Shown here: positions 27,501 to 39,021 of the stretch, piece after piece
How positions within the stretch are numbered: the first letter of the stretch is position 1
How the letters are laid out: each line of letters begins with the position of its first letter
NCBI RefSeq assembly: GCF_018350175.1
Contig: NC_058369.1
Location: 163,184,001 to 163,248,000, forward strand
Direction of reading: 5' to 3'
DNA from: Felis catus
Taxonomy: Eukaryota
Length of the DNA stretch: 64,000 nt
The notes under the pieces: generated by a model
What the model saw: only the letters and a program-made list of their open reading frames with translations
Told to the model about the DNA's origin: nothing
The model's database searches: none
Position numbers and translations under genes: made by a program

Positions 27501-30500
27501 ATGCTCAAGAAGCGAGAGGAGCAGGGCCGGCTGTTGCCCACGGGGGCGGGACTGGAGCCCAAGTCGGCCCAAGATAAGGGTATGGGCCAGTGCGGGCCAG
27601 GGGCGAGAAGCGGGCTGCCCGCGGGGGCTCGGGGGCTCCGGCTGGGGTCCGTGTGTACGTGGCGGAGCGGGGTGAGCACAGAGGGGCCGCGGCGGGCGCC
27701 CTGACGGAGGCCTGGGCTGCAGCGCTCCTGCAGATGGTAGAGGCGGCAGGCGCAGTCGAAGACGATCCCCTCCGGCGGACGGGCCGGCCCTTTGGGGGCC
27801 TGATCCGGGACGTGCGGCGCCGCTATCCCCACTACCTGAGTGACTTCCGAGATGCGCTTGACCCCCAGTGCCTGGCTGCCGTCATCTTCATCTACTTCGC
27901 GGCCCTGTCCCCTGCCATCACCTTCGGGGGGCTGCTGGGTAAGGAGAGGCTTCGGGTGGGGGCAGGGCACGCACAGGGCCCTGGTTGCCAGCTCCTGAGC
28001 TGCTCCCTGCCACCCCAGGAGAGAAAACTCAGGACCTGATTGGGGTGTCAGAGCTGATCATGTCCACGGCGCTCCAGGGTGTGATCTTCTGCCTGCTGGG
28101 GGCCCAGCCGCTGCTGGTGATCGGCTTTTCTGGGCCCCTGCTGGTGTTTGAGGAGGCCTTCTTCTCGGTAAGGGCCCGCAGGCTACCTGGGGGGTGGCTC
28201 TTCCTGCCCCGCCGCAGCTGCCCCTCCTGTTCCCCGACACGCCCGCCTTGTTAGCCCCCCGGGCTCTGGACCTGACCGGTCGCCCCCCCAGTTCTGCAGG
28301 AGCAACAACCTGGAGTACCTGGTGGGCCGCGTGTGGATCGGCTTCTGGCTGGTGCTCCTGGCCCTGCTCATGGTGGCCCTGGAGGGGAGCTTCCTGGTGC
28401 GCTTTGTCTCCCGGTTCACCCAGGAGATCTTTGCCTTCCTCATCTCCCTCATCTTCATCTATGAGACCTTCTACAAGCTGATTAAGGTGAGCAGGCCCTG
28501 CTGAGAACAGGGCTGGGAGGGGTGAGGCCTCGGGACCAGAGGGAGCCAGGGCACATCCTGCCCGTCTCTCATTCTCGCTTCCGGGTGTGAGGTTCCAAGC
28601 TGTCCGAAGCTCCCCTGGGCTGCTGTCTTAGGAGCCCACAGAGCACGGGCTGGTTCTTCCTCCTGGCCCCTTGCCACCCTCCCTGTCACCACCAACACAC
28701 ATATTGGAGCTGCACGTCAATCTTAAAAACCCACGTGTTTTTGGTTTTTTTTAATTATCTTTTTATTTTTGAGAGAGAGAGTGTGAGCAAGGGAGGAGCC
28801 GAGGGGAGGGAGACACAGAATCCGAAGCAGGCTCCAGGCCCCGAGCTGTCAGCACAGAGCCCGCCGCGGGGCCCGAATTCACGGACCGTGAGATCATGAC
28901 CTGAGCCAAAGTCGGACACTCAACCGACTGAGCCACCCAGGCGCCCCACTCACACGTGCTTTAATAACAAAAGTAATACGTCCTTTTGTTGAAGTGGCAA
29001 ACAACCCAGAAGCATAAAAGAGAAACGCCCCCAAGGTGACAAAGAGTCCTGGCTTGGGCACCAGACCCTTGCCTGGGTCAGGCTTAGGAGACTGCCACTG
29101 CGGTCCTCTGCGCCCTGCACTCTGCCCCTCTGTAGTCTGCAGCTGCCCGAAGTAGACGAGCCCCTCTCTTCATGCCCGGTTTCCCTTGCTCACAGCTGGC
29201 GACTTCAGCCATTTTCTTGATCAGCAGGACAACCCCTGTGAGGCCAGGCCCACCATCCCCTATCCCGTCTGCCCCGCTCAGCATACATCCAGGCCCAGAA
29301 ATCTTGCCAGTTTCACTGATGGAGTCCTTTGTCCTCTCCCCAGATCTTCCAGGAACACCCCCTCCACGGCTGCTCCGTCTCCAATAGCTCTGAGGCAGAC
29401 AGCGGCGAGAACACCACGTGGCACGGGGCAGGAGCCACGCTGGGCCCGGGGAATGGGAGCTCATCTGTGCCAGCCGGGCAGGGGAGGCCCCGGGGCCAGC
29501 CCAACACGGCCCTGCTGTCGCTGGTGCTCATGGCCGGCACCTTCTTTATCGCTTTCTTCCTGCGCAAATTCAAGAACAGCCGGTTCTTCCCTGGCCGGGT
29601 GTGTGGGCTGAAATGCCGGAGGGAGGTGGAAGCGGGGGGCCAGGAAGGGTGACTGAGTCACGGCTGGAGGGAGGCGGGGGGCCTGAGCACGGTGCTTGCC
29701 CACAGGTGCGGCGGGTGATTGGGGACTTTGGGGTGCCCATCGCGATCCTCATCATGGTGCTTGTGGATTACAGTATTGAGGACACCTATACCCAGGTAAG
29801 GTGGAGCACACGCAGCAGGGAGGGGGTGCTGCCTGGCACCCGGCTCCAGATGTTCTCCAGCCCAGCCCCTGCCTCTCAGCTGGGCACACACCAGGCCTCT
29901 GCCACAGCAGGCCCTCGGCATTCACCCTGCTTGTCGCAGTTCAGGGCTCTCCCTCCAAGGTTCACCGACCCCCAGGCCCACCTCTATCCTGCAGAAGCTG
30001 AGCGTGCCCAGTGGATTCTCCGTGACAGCCCCAGAAAAGCGGGGCTGGGTCATCAACCCTCTGGGGGAGAACAGCTCCTTCCCCGTGTGGATGATGGTTG
30101 CCAGCCTGCTGCCCGCCATCTTGGTCTTCATCCTCATTTTCATGGAGACTCAGATCACCACGTGAGTGGTCCCAGCCAGGAGGGCGCCCTGTGGACAGGA
30201 ACCACATCATTCACGGAAGGGAACCCCAGCCAGGCTGGGAGATAATGGGTGCACTGGGTGGGGGGAGCCCAGGATGCCTGGCTGGCCCCTAGAGTTTATT
30301 TTGTAGACAATAGAAAGTTCCACTGACGTTTGCTGGGATGGGCGCAGTACGGACCGGAAGCTGTCCTGAAGGGCAGGGAGGGTGGCCTGGGGAAGGCTCA
30401 GCCGTGACAGAGGCCTTATCCTGACGGGATGGGCAGGGACCACCAGCTTCCAAAAACAGACAGAGGCTACTGGCTGGATGCTCTGGAAAGACACGGCTCT

Positions 30501-31703
30501 GTGCCAGGCCGGTCCCAGGGCGTCAGTGAGTGCCTGTCCCCACTCAGGCTGATCATCTCCAAGAAGGAGCGGATGCTGCAAAAGGGCTCCGGCTTCCACC
30601 TGGACCTGCTGCTTATCGTGGCCATGGGAGGCATCTGTGCCCTCTTCGGCCTGCCCTGGCTGGCTGCCGCCACTGTCCGCTCCGTCACCCACGCCAACGC
30701 GCTCACCGTCATGAGCAAGGCCGTGGCACCTGGGGACAAGCCCAAGATCCAGGAGGTCAAGGAGCAGCGGGTAACAGGGCTGCTGGTCGCCCTGCTTGTG
30801 GGTATGTCCACCTCTTGCCCCCACCCTTCCCAGACGGGTCTCTGAGGATGGGGAGCCCTGGTGCCAGCCGTTCCTCCCTCTCCGCCCCCCCCGCCAGGCC
30901 TCTCCTTGGTTATTGGGGACCTGCTCCGGCAGATCCCCTTGGCTGTGCTCTTTGGAATTTTTCTGTACATGGGAGTTACCTCCCTTAACGGGATCCAGTT
31001 CTACGAGCGGCTGCACCTGCTGCTCATGCCCCCCAAACACCACCCAGATGTGACCTACGTCAAGAAGGTAAGAGCCCGCTTTGAAAAGCCCCGTGCCTCT
31101 GCTCCTCCGGGTCTGTGGGGTGGGGGGGGGGGTCATACCCTCCGGCACCCCACCTGCCCACTTGGGCCAGCCGCCATTGAGTCTGCACAGACGCAGCTCT
31201 GGTAAGCACCCAGGAAGGCACTTCCATCCCCACCCCTGTGCAGGGAAGAATGCGGCGGGCCTCCTGAATGTGGCGGGCCGGGTGGCCCTCCGAGGCCGGG
31301 GAGAAGCCTGGGCTCACGTGTCTCCTCCCGCCTCACCCCCAGGTTCGGACCCTCCGTATGCACCTGTTCACAGCCCTGCAGCTGCTCTGCTTGGCCTTGC
31401 TCTGGGCGGTCATGTCCACAGCCGCCTCCCTGGCCTTCCCCTTCATCCTCATCCTCACAGTGCCGCTCCGCATGGTGGTGCTCACCCGAATCTTCACCGA
31501 GCGAGAGATGAAATGTGTAAGGCCTCCTGCCCCTCCCCACCAGCCCCGCCGGCGCCCTCTGGGGTTGTCCCCTTCCAGCCTGAGGTCAGGATCCACCTTC
31601 TTGATTCCCTCCACCCCCACAGCTGGATGCTAATGAGGCGGAGCCAGTGTTCGATGAGCGGGAGGGTGTGGACGAGTACAATGAGATGCCCATGCCTGTG
31701 TAG
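18551..31703 (+). CDS. SLC4A2: SLC4A2 / anion exchanger 2 (AE2a); 22 coding exons: 18551-18601, 20290-20455, 20594-20835, 20916-21034, 22450-22682, 22774-22916, 24167-24347, 26266-26401, 26493-26658, 26812-26926, 27057-27241, 27354-27579, 27723-27938, 28019-28167, 28292-28486, 29344-29598, 29706-29795, 29995-30161, 30548-30801, 30898-31067, 31343-31516, 31623-31703
   Basis: [79 protein letters not shown]-terminal [10 protein letters not shown]-stop. All junctions are GT-AG; total 3714 nt = 1237 aa + stop. Confidence 0.97.
19040..19200 (+). promoter_or_regulatory. Alternative (AE2b) promoter in SLC4A2 intron 2: HNF1-like site, four CACGTG E-boxes, GC boxes
   Basis: tgtaatgattaac at 19127-19139 (reverse complement GTTAATCATTACA, close to the HNF1 consensus); CACGTG at 19048, 19080, 19096 and 19187; directly upstream of exon 1b2. 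Confidence 0.72.
19253..19276 (+). CDS. SLC4A2: SLC4A2 alternative first coding exon 1b2 (AE2b2 N-terminus MDFLLRPQ)
   Basis: gccATGG Kozak context, 24 nt, donor CAG|GTGCGA, phase 0 matching exon 3. Peptide matches the known AE2b2 N-terminus. Confidence 0.85.
19790..19798 (+). CDS. SLC4A2: SLC4A2 alternative first coding exon 1b1 (AE2b1 N-terminus MTQ)
   Basis: ATGACTCAG|GTGGGG, phase 0 matching exon 3. Peptide matches the known AE2b1 N-terminus. Confidence 0.8.
23612..23833 (-). mobile_element. Young SINEC_Fc with 15-bp target-site duplication
   Basis: Full-length and CpG-retaining; flanked by gttttgtcagttctt at 23597-23611 and 23835-23849. Confidence 0.95.
24480..24705 (-). mobile_element. 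CAN-SINE
   Basis: Antisense copy ending ...gagccacccaggtgcccc. Confidence 0.88.
24708..24905 (-). mobile_element. CAN-SINE (SINEC_Fc-like)
   Basis: Antisense copy: tttatttttgagacagagag...ctccaggctctgagctg...cttaaccgactgagccac. Confidence 0.88.
25210..25341 (-). mobile_element. Short CAN-SINE
   Basis: Poly-T, then taatctctacacccagtgtggggcttgaactc...gagccagtcaggggcccc; degenerate TSD ggctacgtgaatt / ggctatgtaaatt. Confidence 0.82.
28738..28947 (-). mobile_element. SINEC_Fc
   Basis: Antisense full-length copy ending gagccacccaggcgcccc. Confidence 0.92.
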
Positions 31704-31839
31704 CCGCTGCCTGGACCGACAGCCGAGGGACAGACGGACAGAGGGAACAGGGGCTGGGGGGTGCTCTCCCCCTCCCCTCCCTCATTTTTATTTAAGTGAA
31801 TAATTTAAAGTCCCCTTACCATCCTCACCCCCCCCCCAC

Positions 31840-31845
31840 AGTAAA
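31840..31845 (+). terminator. Likely SLC4A2 polyadenylation signal (variant AGTAAA)
   Basis: Best hexamer between the SLC4A2 stop and the FASTK 3' end; preceded by an AU-rich patch. Confidence 0.55.
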
Positions 31846-31976
31846 GTGCTTCGGCCCCCACCTATCCTTGGCCTTCTGTCTCTGTATGGGGAGGGGGCAC
31901 GGATGGAAAAGAGGTGGGGGAACCCAGCCCGCTCCCTGTCCCAGAAACAAGATGCAAGATGAGGAAGGAAAGGGAT

Positions 31977-31982
31977 TTTAAT
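31977..31982 (-). terminator. FASTK polyadenylation signal ATTAAA
   Basis: Plus-strand tttaat about 80 nt past the FASTK stop. Confidence 0.7.
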
Positions 31983-32063
31983 GAGAAACCGAAACAGAGA
32001 AAGCCAAAGTGCAAATCGTCCACCCCCCATCGGAGGGTCATCCTGAGCCCCGTGTGTGTCCCC

Positions 32064-35000
32064 TCACCCCCCTTCAGGCCCCCAGCGGAGGCCCAAGGCC
32101 TGGAGCTTCTGCCTCAGGTAGCTCTTGAGCTGGGGCAGGCCTCTCTGTGACTCCAGTTCCTCGAAGGGCAGCTGCGGGGGGCGGGGGGGAGGACAGCACG
32201 TTACCCACAGGGCCCGTGGGCTGAGGGGAGAAAGGACGGCGTGGAGTCTCTCCCAGGGCGAGGCAGGGGCCGCTCACCGGCAGGAGCTGGTAGCCCATCA
32301 GGCCCAGGTGCCGCTCCCGTAGGGCCCGCGAGCCCAGCAGCACTCGGCCGTCGCGGCAGAAATGCCAGCGCTCCCGCAGCATCAGCACCACCCTGGAGGG
32401 GGCGGACCATAGCTCAGGGCGCTGTCCACAGAGGCAGGGGAGGCTCCTCCGCCCTCTCCCCTTACCTTTGGGCCGGGTCGTGGGTCGTGGGCTGAGAGGC
32501 AGCCTGGCCCTGGGGACAGGACCTGGGAGGGTATGGTAGGAAGGGGTCCTGGGTCCTCACGGGCAGCACGGCACCAGAGCTGCTGACACACAACAGGAAG
32601 TCTGGAGGGAGGAAGAGAAAGGGCCGCTGGCTTCCAGCCACGGCTCTGTATCCCTGCGGGCTGGGCCACCCCACCTGGGGTTCACCTGTGCAGTAGCCTG
32701 GAGGCACAGTCAGGTCCTGCCGGTACTTCTCTTCCCCCAGCAGCTGGCGCAGCCCCTCCGCCACTATATCCTTGTGACTGAGAGGGGAGGGGGAACACCG
32801 ATATGGAAAGGCTCGAGAGTCTCCTCCTAAATCACTCCTGCACGCTTCTCCACCCTGGGCAAATGCCTTCCGTGTCCCGAGGCCCATTTCTGTCCCCTCC
32901 CGTGACCACTTAGGGCACACGAGCACGGACAGTTCAGGGTCCCCCTGGCTCTTCTACTCTGTGCTGCTTGCAGGCTGGTCCCCTCCCCTCCCCCAGGCTG
33001 CCCCATCCACCTGTACTTGCAGCGGGCACGGTCAGTGATGAGTGGCTGGGGGAAGATGGGCACTTGCTGCCTTCGGGGAAGGCGGGGACCCCGGTATCCT
33101 GGAAGTTCCAGCTCCACGGCTGCGTCCAGCAGGGAGAGGTAGCGCCGCACAATCAGGGCGTGAGGGGTGCCTGTGGGAAAGCAGGCCGGAGGCTCGCTGG
33201 GCTGCGGGGCCCCACCCCCACTCGCCCCTGCCCGCTGGCCCTCGGGGACCCAGCCAGCCCTCCTGTCCGCGCACCACTGATGTGGTTGATGAATCCTGGG
33301 GAAAAGACAAAGTGCAGGGCCCTGAAGGGCNNNNNNNNNNNNNNNNNNNNNNNNNNNNNNNNNNNNNNNNNNNNNNNNNNNNNNNNNNNNNNNNNNNNNN
33401 NNNNNNNNNNNNNNNNNNNNNNNNNNNNNNNNNNNNNNNNNNNNNNNNNNNNNNNNNNNNNNNNNNNNNNNNNNNNNNNNNNNNNNNNNNNNNNNNNNNN
33501 NNCAGCCCTTCACCCCGCACGAAACAGTTCTCCGGTATCCGCCACAAGCTGAGCCTCGGGGAGGCTTGGCCTGCAAGCTGCTGTCTCTGTAAAGGCAGAA
33601 CGATCCCTCTACCCCGGCGTACACACCAGAAGTTTGACAGCGTAACCAGTGTCTTGAGCCCCATGTGATTAATCAAACCAGTAGAGGAGACGTCGCTGTG
33701 GGGGCCGGCCCTGAAGACTTAGAGGAGTGGGCTCAACGAAGCTAAGACAGCGCCGAGTGCTTGGAGAACTGCAGAGAACCAGGCATACACGCTGGGTAGG
33801 TGGACAAGCCAAGAGGGTCTGAGCAAAGACGAACCCCCAGGGGCCAGAGCAGAGAGCCTAGCTGGTTGTCTGCCGCAGGAAGGAGCAGCCGGTCAAGCTG
33901 CATGGGGGGCTGGGCCTGACACGGTGCCTGAGGAGGGCTGGGAGAGGAGCATGGCAGGGCGGGAGGTAATCCCACCTTGCTGCTGAGCTGCATTTCCTGG
34001 ACCACCAGGAAATGGGCAATGGCTTCCAGAAGCTGGGGCTCCCGCAACCGGTGCCGGGCCAGGTGCTGGGCCAGGAGCACCATCACGTGGGGTGTCAGTT
34101 CCTCCGGCCTGGCCTCTGTGAAAAACAGCCTATTATGCTGGACCCTCGGGCCAGATCTGGACGACACCTTTTAGCCCAGACACCACCACCTGCCTCCTCT
34201 TCGGCCCCTCCCCGCCACCTGCCTTTAGTCCCCTCCAGCACCTGCCAGGCTGCGGATGAGATGCTGCCGTGGATGCCTCAGGAAACGAGGGCAGCTCAGA
34301 GCAGCTTCCAATCTTTGCCCACCGTGCAGGACAGGTTGCAGAGAGGGAGGTGGCTTCGGAGGGAGGCGGAACCTTCTCTCCTGCTCCAGGGCACACATCA
34401 AGGGCCCATCTGACGGGAAGCCTGAGAGGGAGAGGGTCAGAGGAGGCAGTCCTGGTAACGGAGAGCTGCTCTGCTCCAGTCCTGGGGTTCAGTGGGTGAA
34501 TTCCCAACCTCTCACGTCTCCACGTTCTGGACTGGAAGGGTTGCTACAGTGTAAGTGGAAACACTGGAGAAAGGTGAAACGCCATGTGAACGTATGGTAT
34601 CAGGACGGTCTGTGGGGAAGGCCTTATACAAAGATGGCAAGTGAGTTCTCATCTCATGCCAATGGTGACACGCTATAGTGGCTTTCTAGAGCACTGTATT
34701 GGAAGGAATCAGGGTTGGCACCCTAGCTAAGCTGGAACGAAGGCTGGTGGACTCCTGGTGTCTGCTGTGAAGACGGGAGGGGCAGCAAGCGTGCCAGGGT
34801 ATGCGCCATTCCTGGCAGAGCCTGAGAGGTGAATTCTGTCAGTGATCTCGGGTCTTCTATGCTCTTTCTCTACTCTTCCGTTAACACCCACCCNNNNNNN
34901 NNNNNNNNNNNNNNNNNNNNNNNNNNNNNNNNNNNNNNNNNNNNNNNNNNNNNNNNNNNNNNNNNNNNNNNNNNNNNNNNNNNNNNNNNNNNNNNNNNNN

Positions 35001-36202
35001 NNNNNNNNNNNNNNNNNNNNNNNNNNNNNNNNNNNNNNNNNNNNNNNNNNNNNNNNNNNNNNNNNNNNNNNNNNNNNNNNNTGATGGGCGCGCACCTTGG
35101 TGGGGTTCTGGCCCAGCCAGCGCAGCAGCTCCCCCGGGCTCCTCGCCTGTTCCAGAAGCCGCTGTAGCCCCTGCACGGGGCCTGCATGGAGGCCTCCTCC
35201 AGGAGGCCAGTCCCCCCACTTGCCGGGCCCCAGACAACAGGGCTGTACTGGTGGGAGCAGCAGCAGGCCAGAGAGCCGAGCAGCAGAGGCCTGGGCAGAG
35301 AGCAGGACTCGAAGCATGGAGTTTGGTGTTGGAGACCCTGAGGGGCAGCCCAGAAAAGGGGGTGAGGTTTTCTCCAAAGGGGAGGAAAACCCGCTATCTT
35401 ACTCCTTACCTCGCTCCCCAATTCAGAGGGCCCTGGGGTCGGAGCAACCCAGACTCATGTTCACTCTTCCTGGAGACTGCTCTAGTCTTCCCCACCCCGC
35501 CCCTCTCTGCCTCCTTCCATCCTTTGAAACGGCACCTTCGGTGTACGCGGCACAGTGATATTTACAAAGCAATTCCACATGCATTGCGTATCTCCTCTGG
35601 TCCTCTACACACGCCTATGAGGTGGTAGGCAGGGCTGGCACTACATCGATTTCACAGGTGGAGAAACCAAGGCCCAGAGAGGAAAGGCAGTGAAGCCTGA
35701 GGTCACGAATCGGGTTAGTGGTCGTGCCCAGCCTGGAGCCCAACTGGCCCCGTCGATACGCCCTCCCGACCACCTCCCCCTCCCGCAGGAGGCGGCAGCG
35801 GCGAGGAGGGTGGAACGCGGGCTCCGCAGCCGGCGGTCCTGGGTTCCATGCTGGGCGCTCCCGCTTACCACCGGCATGACCTTGGACAAGTGGCTTCGTC
35901 TCTCAGCCCAAGCCTCCTCACCCGTGAAACGAGAACGCAGCGCCCACCTCGCGGGGCGCCCGTGGAGCCCGAGCGCGCAGCTTTGCAAAGGTGCGGAGTC
36001 GGCCGTGTCAGGGACCCCCACACCCACCCGAGCCCGGGGACGCCAGCAGACCGTGGTCATGGTCGCCGACGCCAACTCCCGCCGCCCGCCCGCAACCCGC
36101 CCCGCAGATGCCACCCCTACATGACTCCCCAGGCCCCGCGCAGGTCGCTCCCTCAGTCGGTCTCGGGGCCCGGGAGCCGGGCTCCCTCCGCGGCTTCCTC
36201 AT
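32064..36202 (-). CDS. FASTK: FASTK, Fas-activated serine/threonine kinase (RAP-domain RNA-binding protein); exons 36121-36202, 35337-(gap), 34242-34421, 33976-34115, (gap)-33275, 33011-33170, 32686-32777, 32466-32601, 32278-32392, 32064-32171
   Basis: MRKPRREPGSRAPRPTEGATCAGPGESWSPTPNSMLRVLLSAQ, QGLQRLLEQARSPGELLRWL, RAP-like ERWHFCRDGRVLLGSRALRERHLGLMGYQLLPLPFEEL, stop at 32064-32066. Parts of exons 2 and 5 fall in N-gaps (34894-35081, 33331-33502). Confidence 0.95.
35530..35730. mobile_element. MIR fragment in FASTK intron 1
   Basis: cctatgaggtggtagg...catcgatttcacaggtggagaaaccaaggcccagagagg, MIR core. Confidence 0.6.
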
Positions 36203-36316
36203 CGGCGGGCCACCGAGTCCGCCATCTTCCCAGCAGCCCCCGATCGCGGCCCGGACGCCAATAGCGGCTCAGTCCCCGACCGGGACAGACGTGGCTCCCG
36301 TCAGGCCCTGCGCGCG

Positions 36317-36348
<32 letters not shown>

Positions 36349-36600
36349 GCCGCGCGCCCCGCCCGCCGAGGCCGCCGCGCGCCCCGCCCCCCGCTTCCGG
36401 GAAGCTGCGCGCGCCGAGCCTGGGCGGTGCCGGGGGCGGAGCCAGAAGGCCCGGCTCTGAGGCTCCGGCGAACAGAAAGCGGAAGTCGGCGGCGGGTCGT
36501 GTAAGGTTGGTTGGACACCCGGAGAGCTCAGTCCGCTCCCTTCGCTCCTTTTCTCCCAGTGGGCACGGGCTCCCCGCCCAACACCCCCGCGGGCCCGCAC
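36203..36600 (-). promoter_or_regulatory. FASTK CpG-island promoter/5' UTR
   Basis: CpG-dense; GC boxes; ETS-like CGGAAGT at about 36480. Confidence 0.7.
36316..36342 (+). repeat. (GCC)9 trinucleotide repeat upstream of the FASTK ATG
   Basis: Directly visible. Confidence 0.93.
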
Positions 36601-36639
36601 ACTCAGAGACACACACGGAGAGTGAAAACTTCACAGTTA

Positions 36640-36645
36640 TTTAAT
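36640..36645 (-). terminator. TMUB1 polyadenylation signal ATTAAA
   Basis: Plus-strand tttaat; only AT-rich patch between the TMUB1 CDS and the FASTK promoter. Confidence 0.65.
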
Positions 36646-37086
36646 CTGCACATGTTCCAGAGAAGCCCTCTGCCCCTCCCAGCTCCCCTTCACCAGCGCC
36701 CCGCAGTCCTTGGGTCCCCAAATCAGCCCAAGGAGCTCTTAGGGACTAGAAGTGGCTGGGTCCTCAGACAGAATACTAAGATGGGCCCAGGGGTGTAGCC
36801 TGGCTCTGCCCAGGGCCAAGGCAGTGACAGCAGCTGCCTGACCCCGAAGAGCTGACTGTCAATGGGGGCTGAGAGCCAGCAGCCCCAGGAGGTGGCCCAG
36901 AGCCATGGAGGTCACAGGGAGGGGCCTCGGCCGACTCCCGGAGCGCTCTGCTGCGCAGCGCTGGGCTCCAGGGTAGTGGGAAGAGGCAGGCGGGAGTGGT
37001 GGGCCTGGGCAGACAGCAACTCCCACTGTGTCGTGGGGAGCAAGGTCCGGAGGGGCCAGCGACACTGCCGAGNNNNNNNNNNNNNN

Positions 37087-38109
37087 NNNNNNNNNNNNNN
37101 NNNNNNNNNNNNNNNNNNNNNNNNNNNNNNNNNNNNNNNNNNNNNNNNNNNNNNNNNNNNNNNNNNNNNNNNNNNNNNNNNNNNNNNNNNNNNNNNNNNN
37201 NNNNAGCAGCAGCAGAAGCAGGAGAGGCAGCAGCAGGCTGCCTATTTCCAGCCCGGAGGGGCCTGGCTCTGACCCCGGTGGGCAAGGGGGATGTGGGGGA
37301 CCCACGCGTGTGGACACGTGGCAGTGGAGAACGCAGTTGGGTGGGAGGTGAAGGCTGCCCAGAGTCTGGGTGTCGTCTCCTAGCAGTTGCCCTTGGTAAA
37401 TGAGTCGCACCTGCTGTTCCCGGCCGGGAAACTGGGTCCTGAGGAGAGAGGGACCTGGGTAAGAGAGCAGGCCTCAGGCAATCCTGGTCCCTTGCCCAGA
37501 ACAACACTCACCTTTGCCTCCACCCACCACCCAGTTGGTGGCCTCTAAGGGGGTCCCTTCCTGCTATGGGGGGACAATACAATGTGCCATGTGGGGACCT
37601 CAGTTCCCTCCTCTATAGAATGAGGGGGAGGTCTCCGATCTCTCTCGTGGCCTCTCTGGGTCTGTGATCATTGCCACCCCACTCTTTAGAATTTTCTTTC
37701 CTGTCCCCATCCCAGCTTACCTTTTCAGGGAGCCAATGGTATCGTGGGGCCAGGCCCTGGCCACCTGCTCTGAATCGTTGAGGAATTTCAGCCGGAGCAC
37801 TAGGGGCTCCTGGGGGGAGTCCGGGGTTGGTGACGTTGCTGAGAGCCCCATGCCAGGCTCTGGCTGTGCAGCCTGACCTCTGTGTCTCAAGCTGGGAGTT
37901 TCGGCTCCTGGGGCCTCCCCTCTGATGCTGCCGGTGACCGCCATGGCTTCACTGGGCTGTGCTGGTGTTGGAGTCCCCGATGGCTGGGGCAGTGGGTCGG
38001 CGCCCTCCGCGGTGTGTGTTGAGACCCAGGCGAGAGCCAGCACCAGAAGGCAGGCAAGCACCGCGAAAAGGATGGTCACCTCATCACCCACCCCTTCAAT
38101 CAAGGCCAT
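37087..38109 (-). CDS. TMUB1: TMUB1, transmembrane and ubiquitin-like domain protein 1 (HOPS); coding exons 37721-38109 and 37438-(stop inside gap 37073-37204; low coordinate estimated)
   Basis: MALIEGVGDEVTILFAVLACLLVLALAWVST (TM1), UBL domain LVLRLKFLNDSEQVARAWPHDTIGSLKR|TQFPGREQQVRLIYQGQLLGDD...LHCHVS, then hydrophobic IGSLLLPLLLLLL. Confidence 0.95.
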
Positions 38110-39021
38110 GGCACCTGCCTTGCCTGCCACGCTACTGAGCTGGAGAGGCACAAAGAACCCATGAGGGGCTGGATCGCTGGCCAACAGCCCTCTGAACTTC
38201 CACAGGCTCCTGAAGCCACCCCACCAAACTCTCCCACAGTCTTTATCCCTCTCCCGCTTAGGCAAGCTCCACCCTAGGGCACATTACTGCTCTGAAACCT
38301 GATGTCCCAACCTTGCTTCAAGGGCCCCTTCGTATCACCAAATCCCGAGTCCTAACTTGCTCTAAACTGAGTTCTAGGTCTTCAGCCCGCTCCTCCATTC
38401 ATCCAAACACTCTCCCGACTTAAGGGCCTTGACATTCTAAGCAACCTCTTCCCTAAATTCAACCCTCACCGAACTTCACCCCAAAGCTGACCTAGTCTCC
38501 CATCACTGCCCCAGAGTGTATCTACTCCTTCGTCTATTTCATCCCAACGCTCATCTACTCCTCCATCATTAAAGGTGCTCCAAGGGGATAGAAAATGGGG
38601 TTCTTTCCCCCGCCCCCCGTCCCGTTATCATTTAACCAAACGCCATCCGCGGATGGGGACTGCTTCCCAAGGCTTCCCCACACCACACGTCAATCTCCGC
38701 CCTTTGGCAATTCGGAGCTTCCAATGGTTGCCATCCCCCGACCCAAATTGGCCCCTCCAGTCTACTGAAGGCCCACCCCGTGGCGGCCCGACTCCGCGCC
38801 TCTTCTGGAAGCCTCTCCAAACCCATTCCTCAGGCGGACCCCAGATCCCGCCCAGGAATCCGGACTTCGCCCTCCCTACCCCCAGCTCTTCCATCACCCC
38901 TCCCATCTTCCCGCCCCCCCGGAGCCGCGTTAGGGCAACCGGAGAACCGGGGGCGGGACGAGAGGGGGCCAGCTGGGGCCCGGGGCGGTGGGGTGGGCGC
39001 GGTCAACGCGCAGGGACTCAC

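Noticed and set aside
30207-31148. 313-aa antisense ORF over SLC4A2 exons 20-21
   Set aside because: Shadow frame of GC3-rich coding exons; no independent support.
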